The notes under the pieces are model-generated. The model was not told the DNA's origin, ran no database searches, and was given only the letters and a program-made list of their open reading frames with translations. Positions 39,160 to 51,700 of a stretch of DNA of 64,000 nt are shown here, piece after piece; the stretch's first letter is position 1; every line of letters starts with the position of its first letter. The translations under genes were made by a program, and so were the position numbers. The DNA is from Amoebophrya sp. A120 (taxonomy: Eukaryota > Protista > Dinoflagellata). Location of the stretch: contig CAJINV010000002.1 of the NCBI GenBank assembly GCA_905178155.1, positions 12,161,621 to 12,225,620 of the forward strand, written 5' to 3'.

Positions 39160-42100
39160 TCATTGCATCTGATCCACCCTTTCTTTCCCCTCGGAGGTGG
39201 TATTCAGCAAATCAGGAGCCACCTCTTCCCGAGCACCATCTTGTTCCTTCGCAGCATGTAGTTGTACATCTTGTTCCTTCGCAGCATGTTGTACATCTTG
39301 TTCCTTCGCAGCATGGTCGTCAAAGAATTTTTTCGTTTCGTTCAGTGCTGCCTCTTTGTAAGCTTGCTGCAGCTTCGCCTGCTCCTTGAGGTTGAAGTGA
39401 CTTTTCACGCAACCCTTCAGGGTCGCGTCGAAAGCAACTCGAAACTGGCGGCGGTACTGCCTCAACGCCGCAACGGGACCGGTTTGCCAGAATTGCTCCT
39501 TCACCCGCTCGAGAAACTTCTTCTCGCGCTTCACCGTAACAAGCTTTTTCTTCGTTTTCTTCTTGGCGTTCGTAACTCCACCAGCACTCGTCGTGGCTGC
39601 TTTCGGGGTTTTCGAACCCGAGTCCTCCTGCTCGTGTTCTTCATGATGTTCCACCAATTCAAAATGCTCTTCCACATCCAGAAACGAGGGAAGAATAGGA
39701 TCCAAGTCTGGCTCTTCCACCAGAGCCAATGCACGGTTCAGGTCCACCGCATTTACATTTACCTCCAGTATTAAATCCTGGTCCTCGTCTGCTTGAGATG
39801 TAGTTGCAGTTGCACCGATTTTTTCCAACCAACTAGATGCACCGAGCGCTGTGGAATTTGTTCCCAGTGTAGAAGAAGTACCAGCTTGGTACCACACGTG
39901 TTGGCTCGCTCGCTCCAGAAACTGTGCATGCACAAACGCCAGAAAGCTGGTGACACTTGTTTCAACATCATGGACCTCGTCCACCTGAGCAGCTGCCTTG
40001 CCCTTGTTCTCCGCCACCTTCTCGTCAGCGGTTGTACGTGCCGGCGTTGGGTTCTGGTTTTGAACACGGGCAGCTCCCGACAAAGAAGCGGGAGACGAGG
40101 GAGGCGGTGCACCAGGACGTGAAGCTTTCTTTTTTGCTCCTTCCACATCTTCCTCGTCTGATGCTGCTGCAGGAATACTAGCTTCCTGTTGTAGAAGTTC
40201 TTCATCTGGAGGAACTGCACTTTGGATGTTCATCGCGTTGGGAGATTTAATATTCTTCAACAAGAAACTTTTTGCCGTGGCGTCTTCAACCCGTGCGGTG
40301 GTCTTCACCAAATTGTGAAGCATTTTTTTGTCCAAATCGGCACGGTCACTCAGAATCTGTGCGCTGGTTCGCTTTTCCTCGGTCGCTGCGCCGAGCTGAC
40401 CCGTACGCTGATTTTGGCGCTCCTTGAAAATCGTTTGGTGGCCCATGCCCATGATCAACTGCTTCGGTTGCTGGTCCGCGATGACTCGGACCTTCCCCTC
40501 CGCCCATCCCTTCGCTGTTTTCAGCTGCCCCCCCACCAGGCTGTTGGCATTGGAATGATCGGTCAAGTAGCTTTTGGTTAGCTTGGAGGCAACCAAACTG
40601 TCGTCCAATGCGTCGTCGCTCTTCAGGTCGACGCCGACCATTGTGGAGACCTGGGAGAGGCCCTCGTGCTTGACCATGTCGAGAACCACCTTCGGGTCGC
40701 TGTAGCCCGTCCATTTTGCAAACGGGAGCCGGTAGCGAGAGGCGGTCTCGTACACCGTGCCGTGGGCGTACGAAGTCATCCCGCGGGCAACATTTACCCC
40801 CGAAGCCACGAGGGTTTCCACCCACGGGGAGTGCTCATGAATGAACGGCATCAAAGTGTTATGAAACAGCTTATCCAGAGCACCCAGCTTCCAGGTGATC
40901 AGGAACGGAATCGCGATCTCCAGCGGGAGCTTCAGCCAACTGATCATCAAATTGCGCCCCTCCTGCTTGTATCACTTGCAAACATGTCTGGGTCCTCTGA
41001 AAGGATGCAAACCAGTGATGGGGGCGTTGCAGTTGCTGGAAAACAATAACAAAGCAAAACGCCAAAAAAATTAACCTGCGTTGCATAGTCAGCAAAGAAG
41101 TCTGATGGTTTTTGTCGCCTCTAGGAGAGGGCTACACTTCTCTATGCAGTAGACTAGGCGACCGGAAGGAGAAGGTTCCGCATCAGCTGTCCGGCTCTAC
41201 CTATGACTATCAACATGAGCTGCATTGTTCCATTTCCAGACCTTCTCCGATTGCAATGCAAGAACTGGTGCATAACAAGTGTCTCTTTTCTTGCCTTCAG
41301 GATCAGAACCAGTGATATTTGCAATGCATAGCTTGCACAGCTCGGCCACCACTTCGACCCGGGGTACAAATTTCTGCGGAGCCGCGATCATCTCCTTGTC
41401 GACGTTTTCCTCCTTGCCCTCGGTATGCATGGGAAAAGTAGTATCGTAATCGCGCGTCACTGACACAATATTATTTTTTTAATAAACAAACTACAACTGC
41501 ATGAGGAGGAATCTTTGCTGTGGCCGTTTTGGCTCAAGGAATATCCGAACCCGCCGCACAATACTAATGGGGTCAGTTTTTTGTTGGGCTGGTGCTCAGG
41601 GTGAAAACAAGAAGTAGGAGTTTATTCGTGGATATCCGAAAAAAAACAATTTGGAAAACCGAACGACGAGGATGGAGGACAGATACCGATGTAAGCGTTG
41701 AGTGAAATAGAATTAGAAACATCAAGAATCAAAATGAAAATGCAATTTGACTACTTTCAATTTGTCAGATCCGGGAGACGCCTAGATTTCTCATGCAACA
41801 TGGTTTCGAAATTAGTACTACGACGACGATATTACTTTTGCAGAGGATACTCGGTGCCGAGGAGGATATCCTGTGCCTTCTCTCCCAATGGTTTAAGCAC
41901 CGGGGCTATGCAAGAAAAAATCCGTGCAGCTGTAACTTTGTGGTCGACGATTGTAGTCATGCTTCTGCTTGATAATGTCTATGCATTTGCATCGTAAACG
42001 ACTTGTTGTTCCCTAGGTGCTTTATTCATTCCGCCCTAGATACGCATGAGCATGACCACAGGTTCTTTTCATCTGTGTCATGCCAAGCATAATTGTATGT

Positions 42101-44426
42101 CATGCTATTTCCAAGAAAGAGGTAGACGTAGAGTTACACAAAAACAGCTTTTTCCTTGGATAAGGTTAATCTTGCGCATAATGCGCGACACGCCAGATCG
42201 CGCCCGCTTTGCCACGGGCTTTGCCACTTTGTCGACCACCGCGGTTTTTGCTTTCTTCAGCCGCGCTCGCATGCGGCCAAGGAAGCCGAGCTCTGGTTCA
42301 TTAGCATTACCTTCCCCCTCGTCGCCCAACATTTTCGTGCGTTGCAGTAGACTTAATCGTCGGGTGGATGAGAGAAAAGAAGAGGTCGTGGCGGAACTCG
42401 TGGGCATCTTCTTCGCGGTGGCGGGCTCCAAGCTGGTGACGGCTGTGTCGACGTCCGGGCTCATCTGTGCCGTGGCGCTGCTCCTGCCGTCCGCAGTAGA
42501 ATTTTGCGCAGAATCAGAAACCATAATCTCCTCCGCTTTGGCATAGTAGTCCTCCACGACGTCGACAATGCTGGAAGCGGAACTGGTACTGGATGTTGCG
42601 CGAGCAGGACCAACATCTTCCAATGCGATAGCGCCCTTGTTTGATGTTGACGCCAAGGGACCACGAGCAACAACTTGACTGCTCTGCGGTTCTTCGTGTT
42701 CGGACCGCACCTCCGACACCTCTACTTGCTCAGATTTTAGTTTTGCGTCTTCAGGAGCATTTTTCGACCGCCTGCGCAGACCGAGCAATCCTTTGTTTTT
42801 CGTTTTCTTTGCTCCGGCACCGGCCCGTCTGACCTGTTGCCTGCCTTCGATCGCCGCCTTCTGCGAGTCGGGCACCAACGCTTTGTACAGACTGTGAGGG
42901 GGCGGTCGCTGCGGCACGTTCTGCAGGCTGGAAAATTCCAAGTACGTGCGAAAAAAGTTTTCCTTGTGCTGCCCATCGATGAGACTCGTTCCTCCCTCCA
43001 CATTCATCAGCCGCAACAGGATTTCTAGGTTCGTATCCATTGTGTAGCACCAAAGCACCTTTTCAATGCCTCTGCCCTGACCCGGGTAAAATTCGCTCCA
43101 CAGGTGGCCCGCCACAACACGGCAGCCTTTCAGCTGGATACCGCTGAAGCTGAGCATCGTGCGCGGAAGCTGGTAGTAGAGGTGCTCCTTCTGCTTCTCA
43201 ACGATGCGAGAGTCCTTCTCCGCCTCCCCCGGTCGCAAGTGCCCCAACTCATTGCACAGTTTGTGCTCGCGCCGCATCTGCGCCGTTTCCCGGATGCGTT
43301 TGTCTGCCTTGGCTTCGCTTACTTGGCTGCGTTTGGTCACCACCTCCTGCGTGATCTGCTGGAATTCCTGACAGGGCAGGGGCAGCGCGACCAGGACGTC
43401 CTGCGTCCAGTCTTCGCCGACCAGCTTCTTGTAACAAGGGTTGTTCGGGTCGAGCAGCTTTTCCTTCCCGCTCACCATTCTTGCGCGGATCTCCTCCCGC
43501 GCAGTCCCGTTTTTCTGCAGTGCCGCCACCGCGGCGGCCATCTCGAGGACCGCGCACTTTTCGTCCTCGTACTCTTTGCTCGCGGTGGTCCAGCGCCAGG
43601 TCACCCACGTGTGGAGGGGCGCCTGGTTGTGCGGAATGAAGTAGGGATTGGAGGCCTCAATCACCTGCTCCCCGTCGCCGATCACGAACACCCCGCCATT
43701 GTGCGACTGACTCTCCCCGCGCGCACGCATCTCCTGCGCTGCTTGCACATTAGAAGCCGCTACTTCCCCTTCCTCGTCCTGCTGTTCCTTGTTGGTGAGG
43801 GCCGCTTGTTCCACCCGATGCTCCTGGTCCGCGCTTATTTTGTTCTTTGCAACATTGCTCCTTTCGGGATCATTGCTCGTCTTATTTTTGGCAGCAAGTC
43901 CACCTCCACTACTTGCGCCAACAACAACTTCCAGTGCCTGTTCCACGTGCTCAGCCGTTGCCTGCAGCGGCGCCACGACGCCCTTCGCTTCCTGATACTC
44001 CGCGGCATCCATGGATCCGAGCACAGCAGTCACTATCCAGGAAAAAACACCCATCCCCATCCATGTTTTGCATGACAAATAGTGGATTTTATGCATGTTT
44101 TGCATGACAAATTGGATGGGGATGGGTGTTTTTTCCTGGATAGTCACCGGTGCACTGTCGTCATCTCCCAACGTCGGGTGATCGTGCTTCTCCTCCTCTC
44201 GCTTCGCCTGCACAAGAACTTTGTTGAACTCGGCTTCGTCCTCCTTCTCCATCTCCTCCTGTAGTTGCTGCACCAACACTGCATCGACATCATGAAAACA
44301 ATGCTGAATAAACAACCAAATCAAAGCTAATAGAAGACGGCCACGAGCATTTTTTGTACTATGACTTCCTACGCGGCCTTCCAACAAGAGCAAATTCTTG
44401 GTACTGCTGTTCATCATTGTCAACAT
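39160..44426 (-). CDS. Large secreted protein of unknown family, paralogue 1; exons about 44426-44143, 44033-42163, 41906-41850, 41423-41331, 40969-39160
   Basis: Signal-like LLLALIWLFIQHCF. Removing four introners gives one continuous frame that aligns colinearly with paralogue 2 (PVLKPLGEKAQDILLGTEGKEENVD vs PIRRLGQKVEDFVVGTSGKEENVD). Confidence 0.8.
39237..39316. repeat. Coding tandem repeat (3 x HAAKEQD)
   Basis: catcttgttccttcgcagcatg x3 with 27-30 bp period. Confidence 0.9.
40970..41330. mobile_element. Introner, 361 bp
   Basis: TIR TATCACTTGCAAACAT vs TATGCATTGCAAATAT; perfect TSD GCTTG; removal gives LCK-QEGRNL, aligning with paralogue LCRAEVRTL. Confidence 0.88.
41424..41849. mobile_element. 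Introner, 426 bp, containing a spliced-leader-like sequence
   Basis: TIR TATGCATGGGAAAAGTAGTATCGT vs TATCCTCTGCAAAAGTAATATCGT; perfect TSD CTCGG; removal gives GTE-GKEENVD. Confidence 0.9.
41517..41538 (+). other. Dinoflagellate spliced-leader (DinoSL)-like 22-mer (relic SL or variant SL RNA gene)
   Basis: GCTGTGGCCGTTTTGGCTCAAG matches DCCGTAGCCATTTTGGCTCAAG at 19/22 positions with a perfect 3' 12-mer; followed by GA rather than GT. Confidence 0.7.
41907..42162. mobile_element. Introner, 256 bp (degenerate TSD)
   Basis: 31-bp imperfect TIR TATGCAAGAAAAAA...TGTAACT vs TATCCAAGGAAAAA...TGTAACT; frame restored into a 57-nt exon supported by paralogue homology. Confidence 0.75.
44034..44142. 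mobile_element. Introner of the CCCATCCCCATCCA family, 109 bp
   Basis: Perfect ~30-bp TIR TATCCAGGAAAAAACACCCATCCCCATCCA; perfect TSD GTCAC; reads through in frame without a stop. Confidence 0.93.
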
Positions 44427-45728
44427 GGTGTCTAGCCTCAATTAAAATTATAGGGGAATACACAGGCACCTGTTCATCTGTAGGACTCGGAGATAAGATG
44501 ATCAACTTGAAATCATAAACTGGCGCCAATTTATAATTTTATCGTGAACATTTAGTTTTACCTGAAACTTCCACGAACGAAAGCACTTCTATTATAATCA
44601 AAGAAACCAGCGGAAAGCGTAAAGCTTTACGAACCGATGCCGAACCCGAAGCCAACAGTAAGAGAGAGATCTTCAGAAGTAGAACCACTACTAGCATCAT
44701 CAGTTTGTCCAAGACCGACTAAATATCGAGCATTTGCTGACTCGATAAATAGCTGTAGTACCGACAGGTGTTTAGTGCTCCTACTCGCACAGCTCGCAGA
44801 CGAGTAAACCGAAACAAAGTAGCGCCTTCCTTTGCACTTCCGTGCGAGTGTGTTGCATTACCAGAGCAATATTAACACCGAATTTCTTGACCGTAAAATT
44901 CCCTGACCGACAGAGTACAAATCAGCTAAAAATCATTAGACAATCTATCGTGTCGTCTCAATTTCTATGACGAGGCGGCTGACTGTGGGTGTGGATGAAT
45001 ACGATAATAAATTGCAATTCATTTTTATTGCAGCACAATTGACCGCCCAACTTCCTTAGAAGAGAGACAAAAAGAAAAACTTCCTGTTCCTTAGAGTTAG
45101 AAGAGAGACATAAACACCAGGCGCCTGCAAGCTTCTTTGATAGAGTTTTGGTCTTGGGTTCTCTCAGTTCGTGTTGATTTCTCCGTTATCTCTGTAGCCG
45201 CAAAGAAGCAGAAGTGGAAGTAAGAAATTGAACAGCAAGGCATCAATTTCTATTGTCACTTCAGTTTTTCTTTTTCAGTTCTAGCGCAAGTTTTGGTCAC
45301 TGCTTCACCTTACGGATGTGCCACAAAAAGTCCCTGAAGGTTTTGGAAAGGTGGTGCTTCAGGAGACAAAAACCAAAAGACAACTCTGATAATGGTTCAT
45401 GTCTGTCTCTGTACCTGTAGTGCAACTCAAAAGTACGTAATAAAATGTTTGTTACAACTCGTGCTTCTAGTGTGAGTGCCTCTGATCTTGATGATGTAGT
45501 AAGCAAGTAGATATGTAGATCTGGGTGCGCCTCATGATCGTAGTGTTCCGCCGAACTCAGAATACGACCCGTACATTATTGTGATTCGTCATTTTATTGC
45601 TGTAGTTTGTGATTTTGCATTTTAAATTTATATTTTCATATTCATACTGTAGAAGAGCAATACAACGGAGACTCCAACTTCCTCTCCTTGCGCGCGCAGG
45701 GACTACGTGCGCGAAGCTCAACGCTTCT

Positions 45729-48700
45729 TCACCTACAGTTTACTCTACCTGAAAAAACAACTTTTGCAAAAAGGCACAACCTTGCACTTGCTACCTCTGC
45801 TCGCGCGCTCAGCGACGTTCGTGTTCGTCTAAGAGGGTTTCGATTCTGTCTGCGTCAGAAGGCATCCACGCACCAAATTTTTTCCGTAGCGCGACTCGAT
45901 ACATCTGCCTCAGCTTGCGTTGCTGCTTCATATCCGAATGCGTTTTGTATCCAGCCGAAAAGTGCCCTTGTTAATATTTGGCGCGTGGCTTTATTTTCGT
46001 GTCTACGTGATCAAAGACCTGTAGTTGCTGTTCCCGCAAGAAACAGGGACAGTGCGGCTGAGTTTGAGGAAACGCAGCAACTACCCGCGTGTCGAGGACT
46101 GCACAGTAGCTACTTTCCTCGAAGCAACAGCCTGCTTTCTAGTTTGCTTCTCTTTGCCTATGGCGCCATTTGTTTCAGTCGCTTCGTCCGACTTCAACAA
46201 GCCTGCCACCTAAGCCATGTATAATGGCAAAGAAATGGAATTGCGAGTGCGCTTCTTAAGGTGAGCGGGAAAAATCCTCCCACATACTACTAAGGAATCC
46301 AAGAAGGTAAGAATATCTGCAGAGATGTGGAACATTTCTGCACACCAGATGACGTTTCACCACCCGTTTTAGCAGTGACCGGCCACCCGGCGGGAGTTTG
46401 CCTTTGGCGCCTCCTCTTGCCGCAAGCATTCAAGGTCAAGCACCATTACCGCCTCGTCCATGGCACTCAACCTAACCCCCGACCAACCACTTGGCAACCC
46501 CTTCTCCTCCGGTGGTCACCAAGTGTCGAACTGGATTTCCTAGTAACCGGCCGAAGCCAGACCGCTGAGCCCGGGGGACCAGCAGGAAAGCTGCAAAGTC
46601 ATGAAATACCATGCGAGCGCAAGCTTCTTCGGTACTGTATGAGCTACCAAAGTCAGCCAGAAATACAAGAAGCTACTAATCATGAAATGCAAGAACCTCA
46701 TAGAACGAGGTGGTGCATCGATTTCCCTGAGATGACACAAGAAAGAACAACATGACAGCAATAGACATGAGTGCACGGAGTCGGCATCATGGGCAAAAAA
46801 AAACATTCGCCGGGAACAGCCCGAAGATCATGCATAAGCATATGTATGGCACTCCAGCACGACCAGTAAGCTGCGGGCAATTTTCGAGAAGATACTTGCA
46901 GACACCCCTTCAACGTGGCGTCATAGATGATTCTCATCCGTTTACGCAGGTAGCTGATATATCCTTGCAAATTTTCGAGCCATGCCGGTTTTCCTTGGCG
47001 TATTTTTTTGCCAACGCTTGCCATGACATCCGACGCTTTGTTCTTCAGGGTAGCCATCTTCTGCCGAAGCGCTCCGATCCGGCTCCTCGGAGGTGTTGTT
47101 GTCGCGTCTTGCGCGACGACCTCCGTACCAGCTGCGTTGCGACGTGTCGGAGTTGCTTCTTCAGCCTTCGTCAACAGAAAAGACGCTGCTGAAGCAGCTG
47201 CCTCTTCGAGAAATAACGAGGCTGCAGCAGACTCGTCGTTGCCCTGTTCTTCGTCCACGAGCTGGTGCGAGGAAGTCGCCATGTCTCCACCTTGATGGGT
47301 GGTGTTGAACAAGGAGCCGGCAGTAGTTCTTTGTCTTGTTCGACGAACGCTTTCTGAAAGGCTTATTTCGTCGAAAGCAGATGACTCAGAAACGCCCCCC
47401 GAAGGTGATGAAGCGGACGACGAGGCTCCTCTACTCCGAGTGGTCGTGGTTCTTGCCGTACCATACCGCTCTATTCCGTTGCGGTAGTAACGATGCTCGA
47501 AGGCGAGTGCATGTAGCAAACCCTCGTGCTCCATCCCGGAAAAAACACCCATCCCCACCCAATTATTTCTTATGCAAAACATAAACATGCATACAATCCA
47601 CTGTTTGTCATGCAAAAAATGGACAATAGACACCCGAAATAGCTCCTCGTAGAACCCTGTCAACTTCCACCAAGTGGATGGGGTTGGGGATGGGTCTTTT
47701 TTTGTGGATATGCTCCCGGGCCATTTCCAAAAAGCTAGCAAGCACCAGGTCGTCGTCTTCATCTTCTCCACCTCCTTGTTTTTCACTATAATTATTTTCT
47801 CCGCCGACGGGGACATGGTCACCAACGCTGGAACCGGTGCTGTTGTTCCCCGTCGCTGTTGAGGACGTTGATGATAGAGCAGATGAACTGTTGGTTCTTG
47901 CACCACTTCTCGTGGACGACGAAATTGCCGATGAAGTAGAAAGGTGGTCGGCGCTAGAGGAAGAAGAAGACGCCACCACGGACTCTTTTTTTGGCAGCGA
48001 ACTGGCACCGGTACTTTCCTCGTTTCTCTCGCCATTATGCTGGTCTACTTGGTCGTCCTCGTCATGGCCAGCACCTCCATCACGACCAGTCAATACTTGA
48101 TCTGGCATGATCTCCGAGAGGACGGGCGCAAAAATGTTTGCTTGTTCCTCCAGATACTCGCGATTCTTGTCGTGGTTGTCAACGATGCGCTGCAAGGCTG
48201 CTGAATTTAAAAATACCAGCGGACTTCTATGATGTCCAGGATCGTCCTCCTCTTGTTTGCGATTCCTCTTCTCGCTCGCCAGAAGAACCGAGCCGCCATG
48301 ATTCGGAACGTCTTTTATTTCAGTTGTTTCCGGGGTAGCAACGAGGTCCATCTCTGGTGACGGGACCTGCTTCTCGAGGGCAGCGGGCCGTTTGAGACGG
48401 CGCTCGGTGCCGTCCACCTTCCCGGCAGCACCGCCAGGCAAATTCATGTTGTCGGATGCCAGGCTCTGTGGCATGCCCGGCTTATCTTGCGATTCATCTT
48501 GTGCCGCCTCTTGGGTCTTCCTTTTGTCTTGGTTCATGTTTGCGTCCGCCACTTCCGGCACGGAATTGTGTAGCGCAGCCCTGATAGCAGCGTACGCTCC
48601 TGAATGGACCCAGGTAACTAGCCTGGTCGACACATCGATGAAAAGTTGATTCACGGTAGCGGGCCCACTTGTGGTGATCATCCACTGGAAAATGGCTATC

Positions 48701-51700
48701 TAGAGGAAATATTGAACCATCAACATCATTTACATTTTCACAATCATCTGCATGCATCAAAACTTGACCTTCTCTTCTGATTTACTCGCCATACTGATAG
48801 TCTTCGTCTTCACCTTTAGAACCTCTACCTCATCCTCATGGCTGCCGCTCCTCCTTCGCCTTCGGAGAAATAAAATGCATAATTTTGCGTGCGCATGAAG
48901 ATTCCATTATCATTGTGATAGCAAAGATCATGATGGGTTATTTTTTTTTTTGCTTAGTTGCCCATTGCGTAAAATATTGGCTCCATCCGTCTTGGTCTGT
49001 GAGCCAGTGGAAGGCGCCCGGAGAAAGCATCCTCAACACCCGAGCGGCGCCACTTCCGAACCAGTAAACCAATGTTGGGGCAAGTAGTACAACCGGTAGG
49101 CGGATCCACTGCGAGACCAACGTCCGTACCTCCGCTCGACACAGCTCCGCCACAATCTCCGCCCGCGGCACAAACTTCTCAGGATTCGCGCGGAGCTCCA
49201 CGTCATCTATACCGCGCACGCACTTCCGCCTCAGCATCTACAATAAATCCGGGACTTAATCTTTGACTTCTCAGAATTTGTAGCGCTCTGGCGACGTCTT
49301 TTAGAACTAGTAGATAGATAATGTTGACTTTAGCTTTTACTTTTAGTGATGATGATGAGCGTGTGCGGGTTAACAAAATAAAAAAAGAGGGCCTCGGGTG
49401 GACTATTGTCCGCCTGGCCGGGTGGACAAGAGTTCCCCCTCTTTTCTTATTCTTTGCTATTGCTCCGAGAAAACAAAAAGTAAATATAAAATACACATCA
49501 ACCACCTTTTGGGCTGTTCCATTTATTTTTGTCATCCTAGAGCATATCGACTTCCACATTAACATGCAAAGTTCCGGGTCGCGGACGCGGACACAATCTT
49601 CTAGCAATATATTTGGATCAAAGTTGTCTGTGCTGGGGAAGTTTCGACATATGATATCCACGTTCTCCTCTTTGCCAGAGGTACCTACGACGAAATCCTC
49701 GACTTTCTGTCCCAACCTCCGTATCGGCGCGGACGCCGGCGACGTCATGTGCTTGAGTTTCTATATGCGCTGCAAACATGGATCGTGATGCCTGGGTCTG
49801 GAGAAATGGAAATGCAGCAAACTTTGGCCTGCACTTCTCGAACCTGATCGAGTATAATCACACATCAGTGCCGCGTGTGCTGCGTCATAAAAATTCTACA
49901 AAGAGGACTGTCTTGATGCTGGCCAGGGGACTCATAGCTACAAGAACCTAGTACCGTGCAACATCAACAAGGCAGGCTGATCGCAATTTTCTGCTTTCTT
50001 TTCCAGACTCAGGAGACACACCTAGAAGTAGTGGCGTCGCGTCTGATAGTGGTTGCGGCCTTGGTAATGGGTTCTGCTTTGTAAGCGCGCCGAGCTAAGA
50101 ATAACGCTTTCAAAAAGATGCGCTTCGACCCGCGCTTTGTGACCTTTTTCAGCTCACGTGCGCCCTGCTTCATCTTGTTCATCATGCGCTGAGCTCCCGC
50201 TGCGCCACGGAGCACCATGGCCCTCGCCTTCCCCGCCAGGGTCGTCCGCGGCTGCTCTCCTGGCCCTGGACCTTCTTGTTCCGTCTCGTGATGGTCGTTC
50301 CTTCCGCTTGTTGTTGTTCTACCCTCATGCTCGTCATCCCATATCCTCGGACCTCCCGAGGTGGAACCTGTTACAGAATTGGAAGTAGAAGCCGAAGGAG
50401 CCGGATCTGTCACAAGTATCCCAGCAGCAGATGGGTGATTCGGGCCGCGGGCCTGCAGCTCACGAAGATGAAGAGCTTCATGCTGATCTTCCGCCGGATC
50501 CTGCTTCTCTTTCGCCTTGAGCAAATCCACAGCTCGTGAGATTTCTGCCGCATCGATTTTTGGGTCATGCAAAACGGCCTCAACGATGCTCTCGCTTTCC
50601 AGTTTCTCGAAGATGAATTTGTCGGGGTCATCAAGAACCGCGTTAGATGGCACCAGGCTGGCAGAGGACGGCTCTGCGATATGATGAAGTCGATCTTCGT
50701 CTGATGCAGTTCGTCCAGTTGCAGTTGTTCTTGTTGTACTGCTTCTGCTTGTGGAAGTTTTCCCCTCACTCGACGTCGGCTTATCATGCGACTTCTTAAT
50801 CTTGTTGTAGTTGTTCGAGAACATCTTCTCTGTTGTAGAAGTTCCTCCAGCATTTATTGAGTAGCCATCATCTGGTCCAGCGAGCCCGCTTCCGAAATTT
50901 GCTTGTGTTGCCATCACCCCGTCGTGCTCTGAATAAGAGTTCTTCAAAGGCGAAGACCCAACGGGCTCGGGAGAAGTAGAAGACCGATCAGCAGCTAGAA
51001 GATCGCGCTCTTGAAAGTCATCAGCATCTCGATCATCTTCCTCCTCACGCTCGATCTGGAAGCTTGTCGAGTTCTTCCCAGTACTAGTTGAAGAAGTACT
51101 CAAAAACGAGCCGCTTCCGCTACCGGTTACCACAGTCGAAGAATTTGCAGATAGAGAGCTGTCGAAGGAGCCCTTATTTTTGCGATTGCGGAGTTGCATA
51201 TTCAATGGATTTTCTCCAAAAATGTTGCTCGCGAAGTCTTGACTTGTCTTCCGACGAAGATTGTGCTTGCCGGTTAGGTGCATCAGATGGAGGATCTTCT
51301 TGTAGAGGCTGTGGGCCACGGGGCGGGGCGGCACTTGAGTGAGGCTGTCGAAAGCGAGATACCTGCGATAAAACTTTTCGGTCTGATGGGGGTCGATCAC
51401 TGGGATTCCGCCAGTTTCGGTCATCTGCCAGATCCGCACTAGAATCTCAACGTTCTCGTCCTTCGTGTAACACCAGTAGGTGCGCTCCACGCGAGTTTCC
51501 TCCGGGTAGTATTCTGAGACGATGTGCTTGGCCATGATGCGGCACCCTCGAAGCTCGATACCGCTGTAGGCGAGCTTCCCATATTGCACCCAAAAATCAT
51601 TTGAGGTCGAGGGTACTACTTGCACATCTGGGCGGGAAGACGAATCTTCCAGGTCGTCCCCACCTTCGTCCTGCAGTTCGTCCAAAGCTGCGTCCTCGGA

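Noticed and set aside
48697-50048. Candidate introners at 48697-48976 and 49762/49764-50048
   Set aside because: Introns must exist here, but TIR, TSD and frame evidence did not agree on a single pair of ends, so they are not listed as features.
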